Below are positions 1 to 8,215 of a stretch of DNA of 24,690 bases, in pieces (the stretch's first letter is position 1; each line of letters opens with the position of its first letter). The stretch comes from a virus. Taxonomy: Duplodnaviria > Caudoviricetes. Made by a program: the position numbers and the translations under genes. The notes under the pieces were generated by a model that was not told the DNA's origin, made no database searches, and worked only from the letters and a program-made list of their open reading frames with translations. The stretch spans positions 1 to 24,690 of IMG/VR virus record IMGVR_UViG_3300038675_001017. One strand, written 5' to 3'.

Positions 1-267
1 TTATAAAACCGATTCCTGCAACTTCCCGGTCACGACATCCAGCATCTGAAAATGCGTGACCCCGCCTTCCTTCCATTGTTGTTCGATCATGATCGACCAA
101 TTGCCCAGCGGCATCACACGCTGGATTTCTCGCAGACGCAACTTGGCGGCCGGAAGATGATCGCGCATCCGCCCCGACACCGGAATGTTTTCAACGTACG
201 TCTCCTCGCCGCCGTTGCGGACGCTGATATACCGCGTCTTTTTAGCCGTCATATTTTCACGAACCAT
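1..267 (-). CDS. Hypothetical protein (~88 aa)
   Basis: Part of ORF 1..351. Likely start is the ATG at 267 (MVRENMTAKK), preceded by GGAGGGG. No recognisable motif. Confidence 0.65.
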   Translation of the reverse strand: MVRENMTAKKTRYISVRNGGEETYVENIPVSGRMRDHLPAAKLRLREIQRVMPLGNWSIMIEQQWKEGGVTHFQMLDVVTGKLQESVL

Positions 268-283
268 AAACATCCCCTCCATA

Positions 284-333
284 TTGTCTTTTCCTCTTGG
301 GGTTAGTAGGCCATAGAAAAGAGGAAAAAACAA
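284..333. repeat. 15-bp inverted repeat (1 mismatch) with 20-nt spacer; possible operator or RNA hairpin
   Basis: TTGTCTTTTCCTCTT (284-298) pairs with AAGAGGAAAAAACAA (319-333), between the lipoprotein gene and the next gene's RBS. Confidence 0.55.
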
Positions 334-372
334 GTATTTTCCCCTCTCCAAAACGATTATTTTGAATGACCC

Positions 373-867
373 TTACAGACTTGCCTTTATCTGCCCAACG
401 ATTTCTTTGGTCTCAACACTTTGCTTATCCTTGAGGGCATTATGCAGGTCTTCATTTTCAGTCGCTTTGGACTCTTTGATGGCGGCCACGGTTTGGCGCA
501 TAGCATTTTTCCATTTCATCACAAGTTTGACCAGCCAAACCATTGTCCCGCCCGGAAACAAAATCAAGCCAGCCACTAAAGCCAAAATTGCCAGCAGGCT
601 AAGACTCGAAAACCACCTTCCGATTCGTTCACCCAGCGTTAAATTATGAGGTGTATTTTTTAATCCAACCTGAAGCGTCCTCTTGGTCTCTTCAACCACG
701 TAAGTTTTATTATCCGCTACAATAGCTTTCGGTGTCTTGACCTCTTCCTCTAACCAGTTATAAATTGTCTCCGGCTTTTTGGGTGTTACAATCTTGGGAA
801 AAGAAATCCCCGCGCATCCGGACAACAATAAACTGACGGCTAAGATCATCAGTATTTTTCTCATCAT
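373..867 (-). CDS. Lipoprotein with a second, internal transmembrane segment; candidate unimolecular spanin
   Basis: Signal peptide MMRKILMILAVSLLLSGC with lipobox LSGC, about 65 polar residues, hydrophobic stretch SLSLLAILALVAGLILFPGGTMVWLVKLV, then a charged helical tail. Start overlaps the upstream stop (ATGA). Confidence 0.6.
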   Translation of the reverse strand: MMRKILMILAVSLLLSGCAGISFPKIVTPKKPETIYNWLEEEVKTPKAIVADNKTYVVEETKRTLQVGLKNTPHNLTLGERIGRWFSSLSLLAILALVAGLILFPGGTMVWLVKLVMKWKNAMRQTVAAIKESKATENEDLHNALKDKQSVETKEIVGQIKASL

Positions 868-1853
868 TTTTCACCCCGCTTTTTATTGGTTGCAATCAGC
901 TCTTCATAAGCGCTGATAATTTCATCAGCATCGTAATCCATGCATTTTGTGTTGTGAGGACAATTCCAAATCCCGGTGTTGGGATTGGCGTCAAAAACAT
1001 AACTGTCCGGCCGGTGACAAAACGGGCGCGGGCATGCTTCCCGCGTTAAATTCTTGTTAGCCTCATACCCAAGTTTTTTGGGATGCGTCCCTCCCCAAAC
1101 AACAACTCCTTTTTTATCAAATACTGCCGCGGCATGTTGCAGGAAACTGTCAATGCCGATAAACCCTTCCGCATATTTAAGCAACGCAACAACTCCCCTA
1201 ACCGGAGTGTTAGGAAAAAACATCCGCTCAGCGCCCTGAATATCGGGAAAATTTTCATGCTGAACAACGCCGACTGTATAGTTCCGTGATACCAGCTTGT
1301 TGGAAATTTTTTGAGCGACGTTATGCGGCAATGATCTCTTATGCATCCTCATCAACGCGTCAAAAACAGCCATCTGGTCTTTTGACTGAGGAACAATCCC
1401 TCCAATCCATTGAAACATGACAAATTTCTTTTTGCCGTTGCCTGTTATTTTTTCAACATACAACTTGCTTGCCTCAAGCTCATTGTTCATAAAAAACATC
1501 TGTGGAAGAGCGCCTCGCGGCTCAATTCCGATCATCCGGCACCACACCTCAATCAAATGCCTGCTATCAAACATATAGCCATAATTCGTGTACGGCTCCA
1601 GTTTGATAACGTAGCTTTCCGGCGTAACGTAATCGTCATAAAAATACAAAGGGTTCCCGAAGTTAAATACTTTATACACATGCGGATTGTATAAAAATAT
1701 ATCCGGATACCCGGTGACAACAATTATCCGCTTGTCAGGAAACTCCTCTGCCAGCCGTTTTACTACTGCAGTTGAAGCAATAACTTTTCCGACACCGCCT
1801 TCGGCTACGAAAAGGATGTTTTTAATTTTTTTGTTTTTTATTTCTGCAATCAT
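864..1853 (-). CDS. Glycosyltransferase family 9-like (heptosyltransferase-like, GT-B fold) protein
   Basis: N-terminal NILFVAEGGVGKVIASTAVVKRLAEEFPDKRIIVVT and C-terminal FIGIDSFLQHAAAVFDKKGVVVWGGTHPKKLGY resemble the WaaC/WaaF signatures. C-x4-C-x18-C-x5-C near the C-terminus. Confidence 0.8.
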   Translation of the reverse strand: MIAEIKNKKIKNILFVAEGGVGKVIASTAVVKRLAEEFPDKRIIVVTGYPDIFLYNPHVYKVFNFGNPLYFYDDYVTPESYVIKLEPYTNYGYMFDSRHLIEVWCRMIGIEPRGALPQMFFMNNELEASKLYVEKITGNGKKKFVMFQWIGGIVPQSKDQMAVFDALMRMHKRSLPHNVAQKISNKLVSRNYTVGVVQHENFPDIQGAERMFFPNTPVRGVVALLKYAEGFIGIDSFLQHAAAVFDKKGVVVWGGTHPKKLGYEANKNLTREACPRPFCHRPDSYVFDANPNTGIWNCPHNTKCMDYDADEIISAYEELIATNKKRGEK

Positions 1854-1879
1854 GGTTGCCCTTTCTGTCTTGATGATTA

Positions 1880-4800
1880 TTAACTATATGCAATGGCCAG
1901 CCAGTTCACGCACCCGTTGGGATCCAGAATTGTCTGGGTCCCGAACGTATCCTGAGTGCTGTAAAAACTGCAATAGGCGCAACTCCCAGCCGCACCACTA
2001 ACGCAACAATAACAGTGATAGACTGTCCCGCTGACGCACACCTGAGCGCTCATAAAGTGATGAAAACATAAAAATCCGATACTGCACTGCTTCCATCGAT
2101 CTCTGAAGCAGGTGCATATTTTAAAATTGTCATGGTTATAGGAATTGTTTAAACTTTTCGTCGTACTCTGTGACCAATTTGTCTTTCCCGAGTAGGTCAC
2201 AGTCACCCCACAACACCCGGCACTGACAGATCCTGAAGACCCGTAAAGATACGAACTTTCATTGGTTAAAAATTGAACTTCTGTCCCAACGCAACCGCAA
2301 GAACGCGTGTAATGGTTTAAACAGTAATAAAGGCAATTCCCAAGATCATTCAAGTTATACGTCACATAACTGCAGTATGTATTCGGGGGTTTGCTTCCGG
2401 ACACAGTCACAATATCCGTATGCCCACAACAGCACGTCCATTGATTGCACGTGCCCGTACAGCAACAACACCATGTTTGATTCCAATTAATAGAACACCC
2501 ATTGACTGTTCTTGAACATAAATGACATGTGGTTGATCCGCTTGCGATACCGGAATCAACCCACGCAAAACTTTGACAAATCGGCATGACCTCCCAAACA
2601 CAGTTACCGGAAAAAACAATGTTACGGTATTCATCGTTTGTTGACTGCATTTGCCCGACAGATGCATGAGGCTGAATATAGGTATACTGCTGATAGCACC
2701 ATACCCCACTGCCCTGCGCACGATAACATATCCTGTAAACCAAACATCCATAATGATAATTCGCACACGCCTGATTGCACCAAAGCTGAAACCTTAACCG
2801 GACACACGTCTCGCAAACATTCGCGCACGTACAACAAACTGTCCCGAAATTTACATCATGAACAACGGCTGAACCCGATGATGCCGCTAGGGATAACTGC
2901 GCATGAACATCAAAACGATACCCATAATCCGTTGCGCAATTACAATAAAACTCAGGCGTAGAACTGTAAACATCCCACTGCTGAGTCTGATTAGCATAAT
3001 TCTGATCAAACGAATTCAGTTTGTTAATACCAACCATAATGTTCGGCTGAGTACGCCACCCGGGCAGGAAAACTGTATCTCCTGTACAGGCTGTGCCGGA
3101 ACATATTCGTTTAACATACGGCGTAGATAACCCAAGCTCATCGTGAAAGTACCATGACCCTGCAGACAAATACGAATAGCAACAATCACAGGAAGGATCG
3201 ACCAGTTTCATTGACTTAGCCACAACGCATCCGTCGCACACCTCAAATGTTTTGACACAGTTTGCGTCATATGTTTTAAAACTCGTTGAATCAAAAATCG
3301 TTCTGGCGCCAGTGGCACCCGTCTGAAACGTCACGCCCTGAATTGTCCCGGCTGTCAAACACCCGACATTTGACGTCAACGCGCTTAAACACGCGACATA
3401 AATTTTGCGTGCCGTAATAACATTGTCACCTATAGCATTCTCATCCAAACCCTCAAGTGTTACAGTTAAAGGATTTGAAAACGGCCCAACGCCATAAAAA
3501 TCATGGCCTCTGACCTTAATTTCAAAACGGTCAAACACCATAAACGAATCGCCCGCCTCCGGCGTAACCGGCCAGTTCCCGTCAATCGTAATCGTTCCAG
3601 TTGTGCCGTCAAAATCCAGAATCTGAACTTCCTGGCCTTCGTTAACGCCTGATGTTATGATAACGGCATCGCCGTTTAATAAATCATCATCCAATCCAAT
3701 AAGAGAAGACGATACCAGCGTTGTGGATGTTGCCGAGTCAACGTCACCTCCTCTGGCTTTATTTCCTTCAATGACAGCACCGCGGCCGCTTGCGCTTGCG
3801 ATCAACTCCTCCTCACCTGCCCACTCTCCTGTTTGAGATTTCCAGATTTCGTATTTATAAACATCGCTTGCCGCAAGATCATCCCACCAGATCCGCGCCA
3901 CGTTGAAAAACACATCAGCACCCAGATTGTTTGGCTTGCTTGGGACTTCATTAACCGGAGTTAATGAAACACTATACGTTGAATACTTACCCGAAGTGTT
4001 ATACGCCCTGAGATAATATGTGCCAACTTCTCTGGTCGCAGGGCTTAAGGTAAGTTTTGTAGCAAGCCCGCGATAAACCAGATTGACATCATCAACACCA
4101 AAATTCGTATCATTTAATCGAATCTCATATCCTGCCAAATCAGGCTCTGTATTAGGCGACCATGAAAGCGTTAGTACATCGCCCCATGAATACTGAAAAT
4201 TGCTGACCATATCCGGCTCAACATCTTTTCCGACAATCAAGACGCTGTCCGTCGGTGAATGGCTCAAACCATCCTCTACTCCGTTAAATGTTACCGTTAC
4301 GGCTTTGATATAATACGTGCGCCCCTTTTGGATATTTCCGGAAATAGTATATTCCCGCGCCTCAGTGTATCCGATCAGCTGATAAGTGTTTCCTCCATCA
4401 TCGGAAAGATAAATCTTGGCTCCTTTGTATTTATTAAGATTGCCGGAATCATTTGGATAATCAAAGTAAACATCGATTACGTTTTCAATCGTTCCATCCG
4501 GAAGCGTAACTGAACGTTCTGACGTATCCAAGTTTCGGACAACTGGAATTTCTGAATTTAAAGAAGAATAATTGCTGGAAGGAATAACGATCGCACTGTC
4601 ATCATAAATATTCTCATCGTATTCAATCGCTGATATCTCGACCTCATCCTTGTTGTTGATACTTAAACCAACAATCCGAAAAGGCTTAACGACCTTGTTA
4701 TTTTCACCAAAAACATAAATGTCATATTTCTGCGGCAGCTGGTTAAACGCTTGTGAAACACCCAAAACCGAATGAACTCCTGCCTCATTGGTCACAACCC

Positions 4801-5863
4801 GCTCTTCGATTGAATCATCAGCAAACCTGACTTGAACCTTGTATGTTTTATCCGACTCAATCGTTACCTCCTGATCGAGTGTGACTGAGCTGATCGCGCC
4901 CTCGATCGCCCGTCCGGAAAAGCCCCACTGCGGCACATCATGAGAAACGTTAATCACGTCACCCGCCTGACAGGCAATCGCATCGATCCCGCATTTTAAG
5001 GTAATACTGCGGTCAATATATTTGGCGACTTTAAGGGCGTAGCGCCCTTCACGCAAGGCATACGAGGTCTTTGTCACAAACACCCTGATAAGTTTTGTGC
5101 GCATGGGATCCCCATTAGCCAACGCATCTTCATCAATAACCGCGATCTTTTCCTGCTGATAATTTTTATCTTTATCCAGATACTGAACCTCAATAACGTT
5201 TGGAATATCCCTTAAAGATTTCCACTGCTGACTAAATCCTCCTTCGATAATATTTCCCATACCGAATAACTGAACCGGGATGTCGGGCTTATCAATACGC
5301 GCCTTGGCTGTTCCTTCCGAGAAGAAAATCAGCCCCCGAAATACCCCGGCTAACTGCATCAACAAATCCGGAACCCGCGCGGGGCTGTCAATCACAACAT
5401 CCATCCGGAAGCGTTTCTCATAACCTCCCTGCCCATCCTCAACCCTTTCCTCACAGTAGCGCGACATCTCAAGAAACAATTCATCGTCGATATTTTCAGA
5501 TGTTAAAAATTCTCCGATCCCGTAGCGCGAGCTTAAAAGCAAATCTTTTAAACACCAAACTGGATTGGCGCACCATTGATCCACATAACTGGATCCATCC
5601 CAACTACACTCCGCCTCATCACTGAATCTTTTATAAACTGAATTTTCAGAATCCCAGTAATAATTAAGCCATTCAACCTCATCTACACCGCACATAATTT
5701 TAGGAACACTGACCTTTTTGCCCCTGACAATACAGGTAAAATTAGGCATGTTGCCTGAAAGCTGTTCTGTTGCTAATGCCTTGATTCCGAGTTTCGCGGT
5801 ATTCGGATAGGAAAGGTCATCTGCCTTGATCTCATCAATATTGCTTAACGAAAGATCGCCCAT
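1880..5863 (-). CDS. Tail tip / central fibre protein (lambda gpJ-like), main part, with FNIII-like domains and a Cys-rich C-terminal region
   Basis: gpJ-type motifs LSYPNTAKLGIK, VRGKKV, WCANPVWCLKDLL..SRYGIG, YCEERVEDGQGGYEKRFRMD, GDVINVSH and EISAIEYDENIY. Three FNIII-like segments (YYIKAVTV, YYLRAYNTSG, FEIKVRGHD). In frame with the upstream ORF across a single TGA at 5936-5938. Confidence 0.9.
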   Translation of the reverse strand: MGDLSLSNIDEIKADDLSYPNTAKLGIKALATEQLSGNMPNFTCIVRGKKVSVPKIMCGVDEVEWLNYYWDSENSVYKRFSDEAECSWDGSSYVDQWCANPVWCLKDLLLSSRYGIGEFLTSENIDDELFLEMSRYCEERVEDGQGGYEKRFRMDVVIDSPARVPDLLMQLAGVFRGLIFFSEGTAKARIDKPDIPVQLFGMGNIIEGGFSQQWKSLRDIPNVIEVQYLDKDKNYQQEKIAVIDEDALANGDPMRTKLIRVFVTKTSYALREGRYALKVAKYIDRSITLKCGIDAIACQAGDVINVSHDVPQWGFSGRAIEGAISSVTLDQEVTIESDKTYKVQVRFADDSIEERVVTNEAGVHSVLGVSQAFNQLPQKYDIYVFGENNKVVKPFRIVGLSINNKDEVEISAIEYDENIYDDSAIVIPSSNYSSLNSEIPVVRNLDTSERSVTLPDGTIENVIDVYFDYPNDSGNLNKYKGAKIYLSDDGGNTYQLIGYTEAREYTISGNIQKGRTYYIKAVTVTFNGVEDGLSHSPTDSVLIVGKDVEPDMVSNFQYSWGDVLTLSWSPNTEPDLAGYEIRLNDTNFGVDDVNLVYRGLATKLTLSPATREVGTYYLRAYNTSGKYSTYSVSLTPVNEVPSKPNNLGADVFFNVARIWWDDLAASDVYKYEIWKSQTGEWAGEEELIASASGRGAVIEGNKARGGDVDSATSTTLVSSSLIGLDDDLLNGDAVIITSGVNEGQEVQILDFDGTTGTITIDGNWPVTPEAGDSFMVFDRFEIKVRGHDFYGVGPFSNPLTVTLEGLDENAIGDNVITARKIYVACLSALTSNVGCLTAGTIQGVTFQTGATGARTIFDSTSFKTYDANCVKTFEVCDGCVVAKSMKLVDPSCDCCYSYLSAGSWYFHDELGLSTPYVKRICSGTACTGDTVFLPGWRTQPNIMVGINKLNSFDQNYANQTQQWDVYSSTPEFYCNCATDYGYRFDVHAQLSLAASSGSAVVHDVNFGTVCCTCANVCETCVRLRFQLWCNQACANYHYGCLVYRICYRAQGSGVWCYQQYTYIQPHASVGQMQSTNDEYRNIVFSGNCVWEVMPICQSFAWVDSGIASGSTTCHLCSRTVNGCSINWNQTWCCCCTGTCNQWTCCCGHTDIVTVSGSKPPNTYCSYVTYNLNDLGNCLYYCLNHYTRSCGCVGTEVQFLTNESSYLYGSSGSVSAGCCGVTVTYSGKTNWSQSTTKSLNNSYNHDNFKICTCFRDRWKQCSIGFLCFHHFMSAQVCVSGTVYHCYCCVSGAAGSCAYCSFYSTQDTFGTQTILDPNGCVNWLAIAYS

Positions 5864-5935
5864 TTTATAGGTGCTCGTATCATCGGAAACCCTTGTGATC
5901 CTGATATCATACTGATCCGGATCCAGTCCGTCTTT

Positions 5936-6862
5936 TCAGAAAATCCGACGGACAGCAGATCGTGATTTAGCGTTGATCGTGGTTTCGCCAAGATCAATAT
6001 ATGTTGAGGCGCTATGCGGTTTATATTCGACTTTGTAGATAACACTCCACGTCTCCAGCGCCCCGGTATTCTGGTTTTGTTCATACAAACCGTTTAATAA
6101 AACCAGATGCAATTCAAAGGCTTCTACATCCAGAGCGGTTGTGGTGTAAATATAGGGATTGTCTTTCAGTAATGTTTGTGACTGGGAAATGAGATTATGC
6201 AGGTCACCAAAATTTGGAATAACAGTATCATCGTTTGTGCCAAGGCGCGGATATTGCATAATTCCGTCAAAGTTTTCAGCAGGATTGTCATTGATCTTTA
6301 AATCACTGATGCTTTCAATTTCACCTTCACATAATGCGAGGAGCACATTAAGATAATTTTTATCGCCATCCGTACTGACAAAACTGTTAATGATATTTCC
6401 GCCGATCATATGCTCGCCGTAAACAATCGGCACCGGCACACCAACTTCCTGAATTGTCTGAACGCCATCCCATCCATACGTCGGTGAACTTTCATCCAGC
6501 CCGTCACCGTTAGTGCCGTAATTCGGCGTTGATGGTTTTTTAAATGTAACAGCCTGATAAACGCTGTAAACTACAGAAGCGATCGTGACAACCGTTGTGA
6601 TAATTTTAAAAACCGCAACAATCGCCGCCCAGGTCGCCGGATCAAACTGAACATCAGGAACGATCAAAATTTCATCCTCATTATTAATTTTAATATTTAA
6701 ATCATCAACTCTTTGACCGGAAACAATACAGCGCATTCCCTCATGCCGGAATCCTGACCTTTCAAGATATTCTTTAACGCAAACATCCCGATTAAAATCC
6801 AAAGAGATTTCTTCTCGTCCATCAAAAGAAAGTAAATTGGGGATATGCTTAACGGTAATCAT
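5936..6862 (-). CDS. Tail tip protein N-terminal part (gpI-like ubiquitin fold plus gpJ N-terminus), ending at an apparently premature TGA
   Basis: Likely start MITVKHIP at 6862 overlaps the upstream stop. Contains DEILIVPDV, a hydrophobic stretch, SPTYGWDG, GVPVPIVYGE and LALCEGEIESI. The frame continues after the stop as KDGLDPDQYDIRITRVS into ORF 1880..5863. Confidence 0.85.
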   Translation of the reverse strand: MITVKHIPNLLSFDGREEISLDFNRDVCVKEYLERSGFRHEGMRCIVSGQRVDDLNIKINNEDEILIVPDVQFDPATWAAIVAVFKIITTVVTIASVVYSVYQAVTFKKPSTPNYGTNGDGLDESSPTYGWDGVQTIQEVGVPVPIVYGEHMIGGNIINSFVSTDGDKNYLNVLLALCEGEIESISDLKINDNPAENFDGIMQYPRLGTNDDTVIPNFGDLHNLISQSQTLLKDNPYIYTTTALDVEAFELHLVLLNGLYEQNQNTGALETWSVIYKVEYKPHSASTYIDLGETTINAKSRSAVRRIF

Positions 6863-7269
6863 ATGCGTTCTTTCAACCGGTAAAATCCTTCGATACAATA
6901 ATCCCAGCATTTATCCCTAAGCCGGGAAACAACAACGCCCTTGGTTTTATGACTGCAATGCAGAAATTTCCAGTCACTTAACACAACCCCGCAATGCGAA
7001 ACCACCCCCTTGCGCTTAAACAAAACAACGTCGAAAGGCTTATGGTGACTGACTTTTTTCCACTGCCTGTAATGGTTCTCAATGAAGTGATTTTTGCCAT
7101 TTTCAAACCATTTTTCCTCATAATCCTCTATATCAAACAACTCATACCCCAAATCCTGATAGACATTTTTGACCAAGCCGTAACAGTCCAGTGCATCCAT
7201 TGACCTGCCCCGATGCTTAAACGGAATGCCAAGATATTTATTGATAATTGTTTTCTCTTGATCCCTCAT
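6859..7269 (-). CDS. NlpC/P60-family tail tip protein (gpK-like, no JAB domain)
   Basis: YLGIPFKHRGR, LDCYGLV (catalytic Cys), SHCGVVL and FLHC (His residues). Likely start MRDQEK at 7269 overlaps the stop of the L-like gene. Confidence 0.9.
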   Translation of the reverse strand: MRDQEKTIINKYLGIPFKHRGRSMDALDCYGLVKNVYQDLGYELFDIEDYEEKWFENGKNHFIENHYRQWKKVSHHKPFDVVLFKRKGVVSHCGVVLSDWKFLHCSHKTKGVVVSRLRDKCWDYCIEGFYRLKERI

Positions 7270-7877
7270 GAGACAAAAATCCTCCGCGTTGGAATGGACG
7301 GAAATCCCCCGAACCTTACCTGATTGCCCAGTTCCCGGCATCGTTGCAGTGTCTTGTTACACTCACCTTGGGCTCCCAAATAACCGCATTCAGGTGATTT
7401 GAATTTCCATGAACAATAATTGCGGGAATACCGGCGCGCCGGAAGCTCAAAATCCCTGACGTCAAATTTACTGGACAACGTAACAACAACGTTGTTTTCA
7501 TCGGCTGTGTAGCTGTCGATAAAATAAATCATGTCGGTAAAAGCGTTAGGGTCAGAAAGCTGGTTTGCCCAGACTTTCCGGATAGTGACTTTTTTCCCGC
7601 GCAGATCGTAAGTTTCAAGATACCCCTGAATCAAACGTGAAATATTACTCAACGTCACAACTACCTGATCAATTTCACCCTGCGTGTTTTCGCTGATGTT
7701 TTCATGCGTCAGCGGAAACCTTGAATACACATCACCCTGATACGTCACATCAGCATCGTATTGGGCAAAACGCAGGTCATTGACACCGTCGTATTTCTCG
7801 ATTATGTAAAGATTAATCGGCCGGTTAGACGATTTGTTTTTTTCAAATACAAATGTGTTTGATAAATCTCTTGCCAT
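7266..7877 (-). CDS. Minor tail protein L-like (hub) with C-terminal 4-Cys motif
   Basis: LPARRYSRNYCSWKFKSPECGY...ECNKTLQRC...NQVRFGGFP matches the gpL C-terminal pattern, an Fe-S site in lambda gpL. Located between M-like and K-like genes. Confidence 0.88.
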   Translation of the reverse strand: MARDLSNTFVFEKNKSSNRPINLYIIEKYDGVNDLRFAQYDADVTYQGDVYSRFPLTHENISENTQGEIDQVVVTLSNISRLIQGYLETYDLRGKKVTIRKVWANQLSDPNAFTDMIYFIDSYTADENNVVVTLSSKFDVRDFELPARRYSRNYCSWKFKSPECGYLGAQGECNKTLQRCRELGNQVRFGGFPSIPTRRIFVS

Positions 7878-8215
7878 TATTTAACCTCAACAAATTCCAG
7901 TGCGATGTTATAGATCTGATACGCAATCAAATCGATGGTTAAACTATCCTCTTTAAACCGCACGGTATACTCAATTAAATCAATCGGGTTCTCCCATGAA
8001 AACGGAATCAGCGCCCCTTGTTTATTTGAAAAAAATGCCCTGATTCCTTCCATTTCAGACTGCATGCGATTTTTGAATTGCAATTTAAATGCATGAATCG
8101 GAGCTGCCCATTTACCCCGTCTCTGTTCCGCGCCATTTTCAAATTTCGAAACAAGGGTCTTAAACTCTTGGGTTTGCGTTACAACAAAATCCGGAATATA
8201 AGTAAAATCAGCCAT
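7877..8215 (-). CDS. Distal tail protein (gpM/DUF2460-like)
   Basis: Likely start MADFTYIP at 8215. KFENGAEQR and FFSNKQGALIPFSWENP motifs, ends in FVEV. Directly after the tape measure gene. Confidence 0.85.
   Translation of the reverse strand: MADFTYIPDFVVTQTQEFKTLVSKFENGAEQRRGKWAAPIHAFKLQFKNRMQSEMEGIRAFFSNKQGALIPFSWENPIDLIEYTVRFKEDSLTIDLIAYQIYNIALEFVEVK

Noticed and set aside
1782-1805. P-loop NTPase (GGVGK resembles the ParA/MinD Walker A)
   Set aside because: It lacks the following T/S (reads GKV) and the preceding Lys, and the rest of the protein carries GT9-type motifs.
1880-3391. Diversity-generating retroelement target
   Set aside because: No reverse transcriptase and no template/variable repeat pair seen in the window, and the Cys enrichment spans about 1.5 kb, far longer than a typical variable repeat. 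Elements outside the window cannot be excluded.
1883-3391. Multiheme cytochrome or tandem zinc-finger domain
   Set aside because: No CxxCH motifs and no regular CxxC periodicity.
5900-5938. Selenocysteine insertion at the tail-tip TGA
   Set aside because: The site is far from the Cys-rich region, the context suggests a basic residue rather than Cys, and the downstream hairpin is too weak to call a SECIS.
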